A stretch of 64,000 nt of DNA from Siculibacillus lacustris (GTDB taxonomy: Bacteria > Pseudomonadota > Alphaproteobacteria > Rhizobiales > Ancalomicrobiaceae), in contig NZ_SJFN01000017.1 of NCBI RefSeq assembly GCF_004328075.1, positions 92,725 through 156,724 on the forward strand, read 5' to 3'. Below, one piece after another: positions 63,351 through 64,000 of this stretch. Below the pieces are notes generated by a model that saw only the letters and a program-made list of their open reading frames with translations, was not told the origin of the DNA and ran no database searches. Both the position numbers and the translations under genes were made by a program. Within the stretch, counting starts at the first letter, position 1. Every line of letters begins with the position of its first letter.

Positions 63351-63845
63351 GCCGATGTGCCTAATCGTACGCCAGATTCGATTGTTGGATTGGCATGACG
63401 GATTTTCGGCGCACGATTTTTTGCCGAGGTGCCGATCTGACGCAAGTTGATCGGCTTTCTCGCAAGTTCGACACCGATCAGAACGCGACGGTGAACCCCA
63501 GTCTAGTCTGCCAACTGGTCGCCCCTACGGTCGGGATGGTGGCGACGACTTTGCCTTCGGCGGCGATGTTCGTTCCCAAGGGCAGGCGCAGAGCGGCCGA
63601 GGCCTCGGCCCAATCCGCGGCGGGGGACGAAGCCGGCACCGACACGTTCAAAATCTGCGGCAGCGAGGCGGAGATCGAGCCGGTACGCCCCCGATTCAAC
63701 GATGCCCCCAAGCCAGGCCGGCGGTCATCCAGATGTCGGACGTGAAGTCGTATTTGGCTCTCACTCCGAGCCGTAGCGTGATCGTGTCCCGAGAGGTGGT
63801 GTAGCTGACCGGTGGCCAGCGGGCGCGCCGATATGGGCGGCGTCC

Positions 63846-64000
63846 TCAGGCCGCCATGTTCGGCAGGCCGAGGACGGCAGGATCATCGTCGATGGCGGCG
63901 ATCGTTTCCAGCGTCATGTAGCGGGAGCGTTGGACGGCCCATTCGTCGTTCTGTTCGAGCAGGATCGCCCCGACCAACCGGACGATGGCATCTTCGTTGG
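63846..64000 (-). mobile_element. 3' end of an IS256 (mutator) family transposase gene, truncated by the window edge
   Basis: The reverse-strand translation of the last 155 nt reads ...[50 protein letters not shown], which matches the conserved C-terminal FPNE(D/A)A..RLVGA.L.EQ.DEW...RRY. tail of IS256-family transposases. Confidence 0.6.

Noticed and set aside
63478-63711. Minus-strand 77-aa ORF ending ...TSWQTRLGFTVAF, resembling an outer-membrane beta-barrel C-terminal signature
   Set aside because: The upstream in-frame sequence has no start and translates to a His/Arg-rich non-OMP sequence; the ORF begins with TTG and is too short, so the match is coincidental.

Overview
This is a GC-rich (~68-70%) chromosomal window that looks alphaproteobacterial (Rhodospirillales-like) in gene content and synteny: draTG, nifR3/dusB-ntrBC-ntrYX-hfq-hflX, tpiA-secG-pyrG and tmk-holB-metG-tatD. 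It is mostly core housekeeping genes on both strands. Named genes from 5' to 3':
- a partial Liv-type ABC substrate-binding protein gene (minus strand, running off the window start);
- draT-draG (nitrogenase ADP-ribosylation switch);
- a VanZ-like protein, RlpA, and a PBP5/6-type D-Ala-D-Ala carboxypeptidase;
- tmk-holB-metG-tatD plus an MBL-fold hydrolase;
- a small accessory cluster of leaderless peptidoglycan-directed proteins (a PG-binding-domain protein, a DUF1345 membrane protein, a standalone C39-like cysteine peptidase, and a DUF3380 N-acetylmuramidase with an N-terminal PG-binding domain) with arfB between them;
- mazG;
- a uronate-type locus (TRAP transporter dctPQM, a hydratase, a GntR regulator, kduI and kduD);
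- hflX, hfq, ntrX and ntrY;
- a LysE exporter plus a tandem REP/G-quadruplex-like repeat cluster inserted between ntrYX and ntrC-ntrB-dusB(nifR3);
- a two-receiver-domain response regulator;
- ispDF, a CinA/PncC-domain protein, kdsA, a VOC-family protein, a DUF350 protein, pyrG, secG, a DoxX protein, tpiA, a PpiD-like prolyl isomerase and trpE;
- a ~3 kb insertion (a TadG-like pseudopilin/vWA protein plus two tandem-duplicated membrane-anchored ankyrin-repeat proteins) that splits trpE from trpG-trpD-trpC;
- moaC and moeA;
- a flotillin/SPFH protein and an AEC transporter.
The 3'-terminal ~5.5 kb looks accessory. It holds a C45/AAT-like Ntn-hydrolase with paired palindromic operator-like sites upstream, a DUF1203-like protein, a small secreted protein, a secreted YbjN-domain protein, two copies of a conserved ~88-nt possibly structured element, and the 3' end of an IS256-family transposase at the window edge. 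No rRNA, tRNA or CRISPR array was recognised. The long ORFs that lie antisense to the assigned CDSs are GC-driven artefacts.
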